A stretch of DNA of 64,000 bases from Eledone cirrhosa (GCA_964016885.1 OZ024741.1:139500001-139564000), one strand, 5' to 3'. Shown: positions 41,980-57,520, counted from the stretch's first letter. Notes: generated by a model not told the origin, from the sequence alone. A program made the numbers and translations.

Positions 41980-43130
41980 CTTTGCCAATAAGAAACACAC
42001 GCACCAGTTGCCTTCATTCCAATTTATTATAAATTAAATTTATAAATTTAAAAATTTATAAATTTCCGGTTGGTTGGCTGGTTGGTTGGTTCCATAACCG
42101 GACGTTTGTTCATATATTGTCGATGTTCTTTCGTCACACATTATTTGACCTCTTCAGTGACTGGGGATTCTTTTCTTTTCTTTGTGCCACTCCTTTGTTC
42201 TGTCCTACCCCATCTTATTTTTGTGTGTGTTGTGTGTTTAGATTGCGTATGTGTTACATCCGGGTGTATGTGTTTGTTTATATTTGTTTATTTATTTGTT
42301 TATTTACATGTTACTGGTTGGTTGTTTGTTCTATGTGTGTGTGTGTTTTCATTTTGTCCTTAATCGTAAATTGTGATGTTGCTATTCCATTCATGTTTTC
42401 TATTTAATTTTGGTTGGAGTTCATTTATGTTTATAGCCTCTGTGATTTGTCTAAACATGGCGTCTTTTCTGTGTGTAGATTCTATTTTTATTTCTATGTT
42501 CTCTAATTTGCCCTTATGTTTTATTTTAGCATGTTGGTGGAGTATTGATGATTCTTTTTTATCTTGAATTTATCGCCAGTATTCATTTAACCGTTTTCTT
42601 ATACTACGAGCTGTCTCACCTATGTACACTATATTCTTATCTTTACATTGTCCTTCGGTACATCTTATGCTGTATACTACATTTCTACTTTTACAGTTAA
42701 TATGGGGGCTTAGTTTACAGATTATGCATTTCTTATCTATAGAGGGAGGTCTTTAAAAACGGTATGTATTGCTAATAAGTGTTTTTATGGAGGTACGTGG
42801 TCTTTCTACTATCTTAATATTAAGTTTATGTTTATCTAGGGTCCTTCTAAATTTGTAAACTAATTTACCTCCAAGGGTTGTATTGATGAATATTACACTC
42901 TGGTATGTATTGCTATCATACCATGAGTTTATTCAATTAACCTTATTCTTAGTTCTTTCTATTCTATTCCAAAATGTGGTCCTATACAAATGGCAGGTCA
43001 CATTTGTATCATTATTTCCCATTTTTTCCCATTTGGTTCTGATTTTATCTCTCTGATAGTAACCAGAGAACTGCATACGATGGATGAAGTGTTGTTTGTG
43101 TCTCTTTAGTTCTTTGTGTTTTTTTTTATA
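41980..43130 (-). mobile_element. Penelope-like element fragment: GIY-YIG domain + 3'UTR + HHR-like motif
   Basis: The - strand reads CIICK..CKSRNVVYSIRC..C..YIGETARSIRKRLNE..RQITEAINI..PKLN; CTGAAGA-stem-GAAA at 42157-42129. Confidence 0.8.
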
Positions 43131-43224
43131 TATATATATAAAACATAATGTTCTAGGCATTTATCATACAAATACATATTGATCTACTTCTCTCTATCCC
43201 TCTTTAATTCAATCGCTCTGATTG

Positions 43225-43296
<72 letters not shown>

Positions 43297-43487
43297 TTCT
43301 CTCTCTCTCTGTCTCTCTCTCTCATTATATCTCTCTCACTAGCTTTTGCCCAACACCTTTCTTAATGTCTTTGACAGCACAAATATACCGAATATCATAG
43401 TGATGAGATGGTGTACGTTCAGTAATATATTAACGTATTAATTTTTGCATTTTTGAACCAACACACAAACACACACACACAGATATA

Positions 43488-43546
<59 letters not shown>

Positions 43547-43711
43547 ACAGGGAGAAAAAGACGATTATTGGGAAGAAACATATTTTTTTTTCCCATTTTT
43601 ATCTCTTTCTCTCTTTTTCCTGGGTTAGAAAATGATTAAAACGAAATATTTTAATTTGTGTGAAGTGTTAAGATATTAGTTGATTTATTTATTAATTAAC
43701 AATGGCATTTA

Positions 43712-43783
<72 letters not shown>

Positions 43784-43897
43784 AATAAATGTAACACAAC
43801 GAAGTAAATAATACATTTCAATGGAAATAGACACATAGGTGTAACGCATGATATAAAATATATAAATATATATATATGCATGGGTATCTATATATAC

Positions 43898-43975
<78 letters not shown>

Positions 43976-44063
43976 TGTATATATAGTGTATTTTGCAATA
44001 CACTGTATGCTTAATTAAAACCATTTCGAAGACCTTATGCTATTGTTTTAGAGTAGTGACAGA

Positions 44064-46642
44064 CCACCCGAGGAGGAAGTGTAAGAATTCTGGGAAAAGG
44101 TCTGGGCCGAAGAAAAAGGACATAATATACATGCCCCATTGATAGACAGACAAGGGAAAGATGCAGCTCACCTTGAAGAACACACGTGGGAAAATATAAC
44201 AGTTGAACAGATGCGTTTAACACTTAGAAAATCCGGATGGAAATCACCAGGGAAAGACAAAATGCAAAGTTTTTGGACAAATGCCTTCACAGAGTCTCAT
44301 GAGCTGTTAGCCCAACTTTACAATGAAATAGTTAAGGAGCCAGACAAGATACCATCATGGCTATTGAACGGCATTACATTCCTGCTTCCGAAGAATGATG
44401 AGACAAACAATCCCCAAAATTACAGACCGATAACTTGCTTGACCACAATGTATAAAATTTTAACATCAGTCCTAACTGAATATACATATGACCACCTGAT
44501 AACAAATGACCTATTTCCCATTGAGCAGAAAGGGTGTAAACGAGGCTCATATGGCTGTAAAGATCAGCCTTTGGTTAAAAAAATGATACTGGAAGATTGT
44601 CATAATAGACACAAAATTCTATCAATTGCTTGGATAGATTATAAGAAAGCATTCGATAGTTTGCCACACAGTTGGATTGAACAATGTTTAGAGATTTTCT
44701 AAATATCTCCCGTTGTCAGGAGGTTTTTGTCATTCAGTATGAAGAGATGTAAAACGACACTCCTTTGGAATAGTGAAACAAAATCACTGAATACTGGAGG
44801 AGTTAATATTAATTGTGGAATTTTTCAGGGTGACTCTTTATCACCGCTTTTATTCTGCATGGCACTTATACCATTAAGTAAAATGCTCAATGAAACAAAA
44901 CATGGATATAAAGTCTATGACAAAACCATTAATCACTTGTTCTACATGGATGACCTGAAACTATTTGCAAAAAATGATGAACAATTGCAAGGGCTATTAT
45001 CCACTGTGGAGCAGTTCAGTGATGACATTAAAATGGAGTTTGGACTAGATAAATGCGCCAAAGCAACGTTCTCCGGAGGAAAGCTACTGAAAAGTTCAGA
45101 CATTAATCTTGATCGGGGGAATGTGATAAGAGAACTTGATCAAGAGGAAACTTACAAATATCTAGGTGTTTGTGAAGGAGACGGAATCAAGCACTCGAGA
45201 ATGAGGGAAAGGATAAGGCAGGAATGTTACCGCAGAGTAAGAGCAATCTTAAGAACGGAATTGAATGCAAGGAATAGGATCGATGCCATAAACACGCTTG
45301 CCATACCAGTAGTAACCTACAGTTACAATGTCATCAACTGGTCAAGCACAGAGATCCGTAGGCTCGATACAAAAATCGAAAATTCTTAACCATGCACAGA
45401 AAGCATCACCCTAAGGTGATAAAAATATATCTCCCTAGCAAAGAAGGAGGACGTGGGTTAATCCAGTTAGACATTGCGTTGAAAACTGCAACAATTGGAT
45501 TATCTACATATCTAAGCAAATCACGTGATTGGATGATCAAACTCGTTTTGAAACACGAAATCATCAAAACATCATACTCCATTACAAAAGATGCACAAAG
45601 ATACAGTAATGGACTACACATTTCAGAAGTCCCATTTACTGCTGAAATGGAAAACACAGAAAAAGCAAAGCAGGTAAAAGTAACTGCAAAGAAAGAACTG
45701 CTCCAGAAACTGGCTAAGAAATGGCAAGAAAAGCCTCTGTATGGAAAATACCCAGAACGAGCTAACAATCCTGATGTTGACAAAACTTTAACCCATCAGT
45801 GGTTGGCATCCTCTGGACTGAAATTGGAGACTGAAGGACTTATTATATCAGCACAAGATCAGTGTCTGCCAACAAAAAATTACCAAGCCAACATAATAAA
45901 AAATGGATACAGCTCATTATGCCGTGTATGTAAAAAACAACCAGAGACCATTGACCATATAATTTCAATGTGCAGTCCTATAGCACCAACCGAATACCTA
46001 AACAGGCATGACAGAGCTGCACAATACATACATTGGATAATGTGTAAGCATTTTGACCTGCCCCATCAAAAGAATTGGTGGGAGCATCAACCACCTCCCA
46101 TACTTGAAAAAGATCACATCGCAATCTTGTGGAACTTTAGCATCTAAACAGACCGAAAAATAGATGCAAATAGACCTGATATAATATTGAAGGACTTTAA
46201 AAAGAGGGTATGCCTGCTAATTGATATGTCCGTTCCAATAGACAAGAATGTATCTATAAAAAAATTTGAAAAATTGAGCAAGTATAAAGACCTGGAGATA
46301 GAAATTGGAAAAATGTGGAAATTGAGAACTATAACAATACCAGTGGTTGTAGGCGCTCTAGGAATGATACCTAAGGGGTCTAATGATTACTCATCGCAAA
46401 TCCCAGGAAACCCGCGTATAGGAGAAATACAAAAGATAGTACTAATGGAAACTGCCCATATACTAAGGAAGATTCTGTCAATATAAGTACATCACAAGTA
46501 CATCACAAGTACATCACACTAAAGATGCATGTGTGAGTATGTATGTTCTTTCTTGAACATGGCGGACCTTGTTGTCTCTTGAGGTCACTGGTTGTGACTT
46601 TGTGATAACTCGTATGAACATAAAGCAAGAAAAATGCAGCTG
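44064..46642 (+). mobile_element. R4/Dong subfamily A copy, 5'-truncated, with stops and frameshifts
   Basis: ORFs 44139-44702, 44727-45389, 45392-46147, 46187-46486, near-identical to 5205-7256; (AAT)n tail 46643-46664. Confidence 0.93.
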
Positions 46643-47089
46643 TAATAATAATAATAATAATAATTGAAAATGAACATGATGTGATAACTGCAGTGACTGT
46701 AAAGAACGAATTTGGTGTAATGATTATGTTATGATATTAAGAAACAGTACGTTTGATTGCCGTTTCACATCAAGGTTCTTTAACAAAACTTAATGACATG
46801 GAAAACGAGGTTGTAGTCCTGAAATAGTCTGTAGAGAATGAAAGATGAAATATGAATGGTATGAATGAACACAAATAACATTGGTTATTTGGTTAGAAGA
46901 TAATTCAGATATAAAACAACATAAAAGTAATAAATTATATTTGGAAAAATAAAAGTGATACACTATACAAAACTGATAGATGCTTGTGAAGTTGTCCGAA
47001 AGTATCACCGTATATCTTCTTATACAACCTCTCTGCCTCTCTCAATATTTCTCTCTTTCTCTCTCTATCTCTCACTCTCTCTCCCTCTC

Positions 47090-47589
<500 letters not shown>

Positions 47590-47591
<2 letters not shown>

Positions 47592-48380
47592 GGGCGGGTA
47601 AAATTCCCAAGATCCATGGACGAGTTCTCTCCAGCGTTCTATATCCCTCATTATCACTGCCATGTCCTGGTGTCCAACAGACCAGTGTCTGTCCTTAGGG
47701 CATCAACATATGTTACCCTTGGTCTTCCTCTTCCAGTGTGTCCATGCAGGGGCTCCCACAGGGGCACTGAGTTCAGTGTCAACTCTGGATGTCGGTGAGC
47801 ATGTCCAGCTAACCTTAGTCTCCTCTGTGTCACTTTTGAGCTGACGTTTAGGAGGCTCCCATACAGCTCTGAGATGTTCATCCTCAGTGTATACTGATTA
47901 ATGTTCATGGCATCCTCAGCATTCTCGTGTAGCACCCATCCACCATCTGAGTGAGTTTCTTGGTCATTGTCAGAGCAGGAGAGTTAAGGCGAAAAAGATA
48001 TCGGATGCTGAATGTGCCGAGGACATAGTTTTGGTGACAAACACGGTAAAAGAGGCAGATGATTTGATGCAGGAGGTTGAGACTGTGTCGATGAGTGTGG
48101 GGCTGAGATTGAATGAGATTAAGACAAAATATCTGGTAGAGAATGTTGAGAAGACAGAGGAGATTACTAATGTAGCCGGGAAGCCACTAGAATTGGTTGA
48201 GGACTTCCTGTATCTGGGAGCAAAGATTGGGAATACGGAAGATGATGTGGCCAAGAGGAAATGCAATGCCTGGGCGGCGTGCCACAGCTTGAGATCGGTG
48301 TGAAAGTCCGACCTTCGTAAAGACCTGAAGATTCGCCTCTTCATTGCTGTAGTTAGTGGAGTCTATGCTGCTGTACGGGT
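47590..48380 (-). mobile_element. RTE-clade LINE fragment with 5' inversion
   Basis: 47970-47590 (-): MTKKL..DGCYTRMLR, RRLRLAGH, GRGRP. 47971-48380 (+): VGLRLNEIKTK, VEDFLYLG, LLYG. Confidence 0.85.
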
Positions 48381-48390
48381 ATCTCTCTCC

Positions 48391-48486
<96 letters not shown>

Positions 48487-48661
48487 AATACAATATCGGA
48501 GAAAGCTTTTTAGCGATACTCCGGCCAAATTACAACTCACTCAGCAAACATTAGGAAATAAGTGATTATATTCCCAATTATGTGTTCGGGGTGCTAACTA
48601 AAAGCATTGCGTGGAAAATTGGCTGTATTATTTCAAATGAGACATAGCTAATATATCTCTA

Positions 48662-48704
<43 letters not shown>

Positions 48705-48719
48705 CACATATATATATAT

Positions 48720-48800
48720 AATTGTTTCTACTTTAGGCACAAGGCCAGCAATAACCCAGTTCATTACTGGTACTTTATTTTATCCACCCCATTAGGATGA
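48720..48800 (-). mobile_element. SINE family 1, 3' fragment
   Basis: Tail and core in reverse complement. Confidence 0.7.
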
Positions 48801-48949
48801 GTCAAACTCAATATAATGTCAGTGTTTGTGTGTATATATATACATATATACATTCTAGTCGATCTACTTTCGTCATATCGGACCGAGGAAACTATGTTTC
48901 CGTTGGTCTTTCCAATTGCTAATACTATCTATCGGTCGCAACTCCAGGT

Positions 48950-49073
48950 AGAAGGAGCAACGTGAAATAAAGTGTCTTGCTCAAGGACATAACGCATCGC
49001 CTGGTTAAGGAATCGAACTCACAACCTCACGATTGTGAATCCAATACTCTAACCACTCAGCCACACGCCTTCA
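48950..49073 (-). mobile_element. tRNA-derived SINE family 2
   Basis: TGGCTGAGTGGTTAGAG (A box), GTTCGATTCC (B box), CCTTGAGCAAGACACTT core. Confidence 0.8.
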
Positions 49074-49082
49074 CAAACACAC

Positions 49083-49125
<43 letters not shown>

Positions 49126-49138
49126 GTATATATTTATG

Positions 49139-49176
<38 letters not shown>

Positions 49177-49472
49177 TAGATAATATATATATAATATTGT
49201 GTTTGTATGTATATATATACATATATACATATATACACACAATCACACATATATGTATATATACACAAAAACACATACATTATATATTTATATATATATA
49301 TTTATTCATTTATTTATATACGTACATACATACAAATGTGTTTGTGTGTATATACATAGATATATATATGTGTGTGTTTGTGTGTACATATGTATATATG
49401 TATATATATACATACAAACACAGTATTATATATATATTATCTATCTCCCTCTCTCTCTCTATATATATATAC

Positions 49473-49507
<35 letters not shown>

Positions 49508-50479
49508 GTGTGTTTGTGTATATATATGCATATATATGTATATATAGAGAGAGATAGAGAGAGGCGTGGAGCGGGGGAGTGTCTGTGTGTGAGTGTACGA
49601 ATGTGTGTGATTGTGTTTGGCAGTTTCTTTTATCCTCGAATATTGATTTCATTTAACCCGAAAGACACAGAAAATAATATTCGACTTTAAACCTCACCAA
49701 ATAATGCATGATGTTTTTTCATGTTTTCTTACAAGTTCCAACATTAAAGTCGAATTATATTTCAGTCATGCACAAATATTCAACAAGAATTAATATTTTT
49801 TATGTGTTTTGTGGTTATCATACATGTTTCATGTCTCACTTCTGTCAATTCTCAAGGACAGTATTTTGGTTAAACAACATTATATAATAATTATCAAAGA
49901 TTTTTTAGTAGCGCCATGAAACAAAGGTTTAGTGAGTTCAACTAATATAAATAAAAGTTAAACGCATTATTGAACTTACGTTGATTTTTACGATGAGTGT
50001 TCAAGTTCCTCGAACAATGGAACAGCCACCTTATGAAATTAACTTGTAAGTGGCTGGGTGTCCATAAACAGTTGTATCGTCAATATCGTCAGGAAGATTC
50101 AACTGACTTTCGCCTGCTAACTAGACTGAGGTAACGGGTCTAGCTCAAGTACAGGATATCAAACATTCCACTATAGATCTTTGTGACATCTATGCTAATC
50201 AAATGAAAAGCCGCCACGATGAAATGGCATAAAGCAGGTAAAACAATATATATAACTGTTATATATTGTTTTATGTATTCATAGTTATATATTCAATGTA
50301 TATCATATATATATAGATAATCATAATGAATCCGTATAGGACGGTCGATTGGCAGATTCGTCAAAGGCACTTTACCTTCGATATTTAAATCTCGATGATG
50401 TCAACTTCGCCTTTCATTATTCCAAAGACGATAAAACAATTATCATCCAAAATAGTTGACCCTATACCTAAATGGGAAA

Positions 50480-50554
<75 letters not shown>

Positions 50555-50565
50555 AATGTTATCTG

Positions 50566-51100
50566 AGTTTTTCGAATGTTAATAATAATATTCGATTCGT
50601 TTGCAATTATACAAACACCCTCTTTTTTAAAGCTATGTCAGTAGAATGAGCCCCTCATTCTTGCTCTTGCGTTGCCATGTAAACAGAACTGCAGATATTA
50701 ATGTTTCTGGGTATTACCTTTCATCAGTGCAGTTCAATGTTAACCTGCCAACTGTCATAGCTAGTGAAAATATATATTTTCTGAAATATATAGTGACTAA
50801 TCAGCCAGATTTGCATATCAGCAGACAGGCCAATCAGTTTCCTCTATAGAAGCGATTAATGGCCGGCTTTGCCATATTCAAATAAATACATAAACAATTA
50901 TCGCTCTACATGGCTGAATGCAATAAACGTAGTTTTTCGAATATTAATAATAATATTCGATTCGTTTGGAATTATGCAAACAGCTTCTTTTTTAAAGCCA
51001 TGTCAATTGAATGAGTCCCTCACTCTTGCTCTTGTGTTGGTATGTAAGCAGAATTGCAGACACTAAAGTGTCTGCGTATTACCCTTCATCAGTGCAGTTT
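50566..51100 (-). mobile_element. Retrozyme-like or pLTR partial tandem repeat with two HHRs 365 nt apart
   Basis: 50566-50735 is repeated at 50931-51100; each copy carries an HHR motif on the - strand. Confidence 0.75.
50686..50735 (-). ncRNA. Type I hammerhead ribozyme motif
   Basis: GAACTGCA-CTGATGA-aaGGTaatACCca-GAAA-cattaata-TC-TGCAGTTC: 8-bp stem I and intact core. Confidence 0.75.
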
Positions 51101-51123
51101 AGCTATATATATATATATATATA

Positions 51124-51889
<766 letters not shown>

Positions 51890-52251
51890 TGAGTGTGTCT
51901 GTGTTTTTGTATGCGTATGTCACTTAGCTTTTACTGGTATCAGTCACTCGACTGTGACATTACTAGGATACCGCCAGAGAGGGTGGAAGAAACCCAGTTG
52001 TGCGTTGAAAGTGACGACTACAGCAGAATCCTAAGGATAAGAGGTCAAGAGGGGGAGGGGGGAAGTCGCAACAATAAGTAGATCTATATGGAGTAAATCT
52101 ATATAGAAAAATAAGAATGTTAAAAATATAATCATCAAATCTCTCACTAGACTATAGAAAAGTTTAATAGGTGGGGCGGTATACTAAATACGAGATTGTA
52201 GTGAAAATATTTTATGAGTTAGTAGTACTCGGCCTAATCTATCTTACAATG

Positions 52252-52375
52252 ACTTTGGGAGGGTCATGTTGCCAATAAGAAACACACACACCAGATGTTT
52301 CACTCCAATTTATTATAAATTGGAGTGAAGCTCGGGTGCATGTGTTTCTTATTGGCAACATGACCCTTCCAAAGT
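52252..52375. repeat. Palindromic PLE tail fragment
   Basis: Imperfect ~60-bp arms; homologous to 41982-42030. Confidence 0.75.
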
Positions 52376-52381
52376 ATAACA

Positions 52382-52421
<40 letters not shown>

Positions 52422-54919
52422 CTATGTTTGTGTGTGTAAAGAAAACATATACCAATAATAGGGGAGATATGGAGGGACGGAGGCATTGATAGTAGGGGTT
52501 TCGTACCTTTGTGTTCGGACCTGATGTACCTGCATATATTTATTTACTGCACCACACACTATGATGTTTATTAATGTTTTCTAATAAGAACACCGCTACC
52601 ACGACACACCACCACTATTATCCCCTGAATATGAAACAAGTTATGAATTGACATTCAGGTTAACATTTTAGATTATACTAAGTGCAATATTATTTCAAAC
52701 GTCTTGATCTACCTTTGCCAAATATAACTTATAAATCACCTGGAAACTGTAGACATATTCTGTACCACGATTCTTTCATTATGGAAGACAACGGAAGGAT
52801 CCACATATTACCACCTACCCACCAAAAGGAATTACAAGACTAATCTTATTATTATAGTATACTTCTAATATGTGATACTTAAGTCTTGTTTTTTCTGGTT
52901 TCAAGCACTATTGTATGAATAGTTAATAATACATGAAACAATACATCATTTATGAATTTCGCTGGTAGTTCATTTCATTCGTTTTCCGATATAGCATACA
53001 TTGATATTATGCTTTCTCAACTTACCGCTAGGCTCAATAATTTGGTGTACCAATATGTGGAGAGAGTGATCTCGGTTCTTGTAGGAAATATTTCATTTTC
53101 ATTGTTTTTATTTAATTTTAACATTATCTGATTCTAATGCATCCAGTTATGTTATACACATTGTATTATTCAGCGATATCTTTTCTATTTACAGTCTAAC
53201 GGCGTAATTTAGACAAGTTAACATCTTTCGTGAAATGAATTCGAACTATAAATAATATATTCAAATTCGTTTATAATATTTGATACTAAAAGCAATGTAA
53301 TATGAATAATTGGCCCTCTAGATTACTCAAGCGTAATGTTTGATCTCATTTATCATTCGATTCACTAGACATTCATTGTTTTAACTTCCATAATTACTCC
53401 CGTCATCGCGACACTGATCACAATGTCATAATTTGAAGGAATTCTAATTCATCTAAATCCCATTTAAACCTTTCAATTATCCATCTTCGTTTCTGAGAGA
53501 TAGATTTGCAATGATCCTTTACTGCTTCTTGGCCGATATTGTTGGGGAATTTATTTTGTAATAAAGTGGTCTCTCGATAACCATTCATAATGCATTACTA
53601 ATATTTAATAAATAAATTTCAGTTAGAGGATGACGCTTTTCTTTGTGTTTTTTTTTTCTGTGGATACATTAACAAAACATTGAAGTATGTTATATTGATG
53701 AATTATATTAATGGATTGACACTGGGAAATTATTCGAATTTAGAAACCAATTCACCTGGGTTATTCAAATAGAAAATTACAGATGTGGTGTAAAGCAGCT
53801 TCACCTCAGCTGTATATAAACTGACAGCGCTATATCAACTCTGCCAATTCATTACCTTCAAGAATAAATTACTTGGATATAAAAGTAATTTATTGTATTG
53901 GAATTCGGAATTTCGTAATTAATATAATGGTCTGATTTCTGCAACCAAATCTTTTCGGGTTTACACGTGTCATAAAACAATTTTCTCAACTTAGACTATT
54001 ATATAGATAATTTTTGTATTATGACAGCATCTCAACAAAAAACTGAATAAATTTGCAAGTTGCAAACTAATCCAATTTCTTCGTAATATGTATCTGTGTA
54101 AAACATGCAATTAAAATATCGTGTATTTATAATTATATAATTGGTTATATGTTTAAGAGCTTATCAAATAATTCCGCAAGAAATATAAATTGCAAAAAGC
54201 ATGTGTTTTGAAAGTATTCGAGGTCTTCTCCATGGGAGCATAATCTTAGGAGAATCACATTCGTCATTGTATTTTACGCAAATATAAATCTGTCACCTTT
54301 ATTTTCGAAACGGAGGCAACGATGTGAACCAAATTATAAAAGGAAAATAAAAAGATGACAAATCTGGAATCTTCATTATACCTTCAATATTTGCCGTAGG
54401 GTTCAATTCCTGTCCAACCATACATGGAATACATTTTTGGTACACTCATTGTACATACATCATTGCCAATAGGGCAATGAATGCGTATTGTACGTACACA
54501 ATATAGTCCAGTCCTCCCCAGACTGGGAGATTGTGACTTAAGGATAAAACGTCATGTACCATATAAACATTATCATATACACAGGTTTCGTGTATCTATC
54601 CTTCCTAAATCATGAACATTTCTCACTTGCGAATAATAATCTTACCGAATAATTAATCCAGGACGTGATTAGGTGCAGCAAATGACCGTCGAAAGATTCA
54701 TTTTAATAATGGGATTCCTGTATTTATGTGAATACTTTATTTTCTCATGCATATAACTTGAATTATACAGATTTCTTTCAGACTGAAATACACGCACAGC
54801 CACACACACACACATACACACACGCACACACACAAGCACACACACACACACACACATACACACACGCACACACACAAGCACACACACACACACACACATA
54901 CACATATATATATATATAA

Positions 54920-57520
54920 AGTGAAAGAATGAAGAGTAACATGGTTGGCTGTACAACAAGGGGCTTTATTTCAGGTATTAACAATTGTTTCATTGATCAG
55001 TTGAGTCTAGAGGCTGCTAATCGCTCGAAGTTGCGTCACTCGATCTCCATTACATTATTTACCTCTGACAAAATCCTCAGAATACAAATAATTCGTACAT
55101 GGCAACATATATATAGAGAAATAGCGTAGAATCAAACCAATATCATCAATTATAAAATATATGATAAATAGGTAAACAACAGAGGAAACAGACTTAGTGG
55201 GAATATAAATAGTGCACATCTTACATAAGTAATTTAATAATCTCCCTTGGACGAATTTATAGAGATAGCACACTCCTTTTAGCCAAAAACTTAAATAATC
55301 ATAACATGGAAAAATTACGAAAGAACATCAGTCTTCTTCAAGAAAGTAGGCCTATATATCACTTTCGAATTTAACTCTAAAAAAGCAAACTTCTTACATG
55401 TAACACTCAACCTAAACACAGGATTAAAAATAACGAGAATCTAGCTTACATCAGTATATAACTAAAACCACCCCGATCCATAATTCACTCCATAGCACAT
55501 AATATCCCTCAGAATATCCCGCCTATCTTCTAACCTAGATATTTTTAACGAACACACAAACTATTATAACATAGCTTTACATAAGGCAGGACATAAAGAG
55601 GGGCTCGAATACATACCAGATAGAGACAGCAGCAAGAAACCTAACGACAACTGCACTACCAACACCTATAGAAATAACAAACATAGAACTAAACATAGAA
55701 TTAGACAACGAACACCAAAAATAACTGAACCGAACATTAATATAAGGATCCCTAGCAACTATAGAAGATCCAGAGATAGGAAATACTCATGGTTCAATCC
55801 AATATTCAACTCCTCTATAAAAACTAAATTACCTTCTACATTCTTTAAGCTAATCGACAAACACTTCCCTAAACTACACAAATACCATAGAATCTTTAAT
55901 AGAATAACTATCAAACTATCTTACTCTACAGCAGCCAACATAGAATCACACATACATAAAATCAACCCCATAAATATCTCTAAAATAAATAACCTACCAA
56001 CATGCACCATGGCACTAAATACAAAACGCAAACACATAACACCATCCCAAACACACACACATCAGGGCGCATCCCAACAAAACATTAATAGGCCTATATC
56101 TCAACCTACCAATAACAACATACAATAACGCAACGGAGAACTTGCACACAGAAAAGCCTCCAACTGCAACTGCCACCTACCGGATAAGTGTCTACTACAA
56201 AATAGATGCCTGGATTCAAGTATGGTGTACCTGTCTATGATAAATTAGGCAACTTTACTTGGTACTACATAGGTTCCAAGGCTGGGGAGTTCAAAAAAAT
56301 ATGGTTCGTTCACAGACACTTCACAAAAACCGTAAACTGGAGAACTCTATAACGCTCGCCAATAAAATCTGGCAGGTTAAAAACACAAACCAGGAATATA
56401 GGATTAACTGGTCCAAATTATCGGGAACAAGGGCCTACGACAATGGAGTGTCACACTGCAGACTTTGCAATATGGAGCTATTCCATATGTTAAGGTACGA
56501 TAGGATGGTGCTTAACAGCAAAATAGAAAGATCAATTTTCTGTAGGCATAATATAGCTAACAAGTTCACAAATTTCAAACCACCGATTCGACCCAGCAAT
56601 CCCAAAATTAGAGCTGAACCTGCTGGATTTTAACGTACGGAAAATATACCATCACACCGCTATTAGCTGTCAAACAGCCGACCGGTCACTAGATCATAAA
56701 TCTCCTAACATCTCTTTCACCCTCTCTCTCTGAACCACATCAACCCCATTAAGAGAAGACAATCAGCAAAACAGTTACCACACACACCAGTCAAAAAGCC
56801 CTTTCATCATCCAACCTTAGCCCTTGGGTCTCATACTGGTATCTCCCAATTAATTTCTACTTTATTGCTTTTTTCTTTTATCTGTCACTACCTCAGATTC
56901 TCTGAACGTATCTATGTATGTTTCGAATACGGCTTTTCATGTTAGCACTACATACAACACAGCATCCTTATACGTACACTTACTCACCACCACCAGTGTA
57001 TGCTCTCACTTATCCTTAATTTTTTATATTTTTATTTTCCAATTTTCTTACTTTTTTATTGTATTTTTTTTTCTTACTTTTTACTTTTTCCATCTGTAAC
57101 TTCTTTACCTATTTATCATATATTTTATTATTGATGTTATTGTTTTGATTCTACGCTATTTCTTTATCTATATCTTGCCATGTACGAACTATTTGTATTC
57201 TGAGGATTTGATCAGAGGTAAATAATGTAATGGAGATCAAGTGACGCAACTTCGAGCAATTAGCGGCCTCTAGACTCACCTGATCAATGAAACAATTGTT
57301 AATACCTGAAATAAAGGCCCTTGTTGTAAAGCCAGCCATGTTACTCTTCATTCTTTCACTATTATTACTCCAAGTATAACCTGCATAGGAATTCCCGCGA
57401 ACACGCTGTCTAACTATGGAAACATCTTGTTGAGTCAAACGAAGCCGTACGTTAAAACTTTCCACGACACAGAGTACTCACAACCTCTAACTGGATTGCC
57501 TATAACGATACCTTGTTATC
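54920..57520 (+). mobile_element. Penelope-like element, 5'-truncated, with inverted pLTRs
   Basis: Inverted repeats 54920-55176 and 57104-57360; degenerate RT-GIY-YIG (KANFLHVTLNL, WFNP, HKYHRIFNR.TIKLSYS, CNC, YYIGS, CRLCNME). Confidence 0.9.
57195..57305 (+). ncRNA. Hammerhead ribozyme motif with long stem II domain
   Basis: GTATT-CTGAGGA-tTTGATCAG...CTGATCAAt-GAAA-CAATTG-TT-AATAC; mirror copy at 54975-55085 (-). Confidence 0.75.

Noticed and set aside
48990-49073. tRNA-like A/B boxes as tRNA genes (also 16770, 61788)
   Set aside because: They continue into shared SINE bodies and lack a complete cloverleaf.
53410-53590. Short open frame on - (MNGYRETTLL...) as a possible host exon
   Set aside because: Under 60 aa with no recognisable motif; cannot be supported without RNA or homology data.
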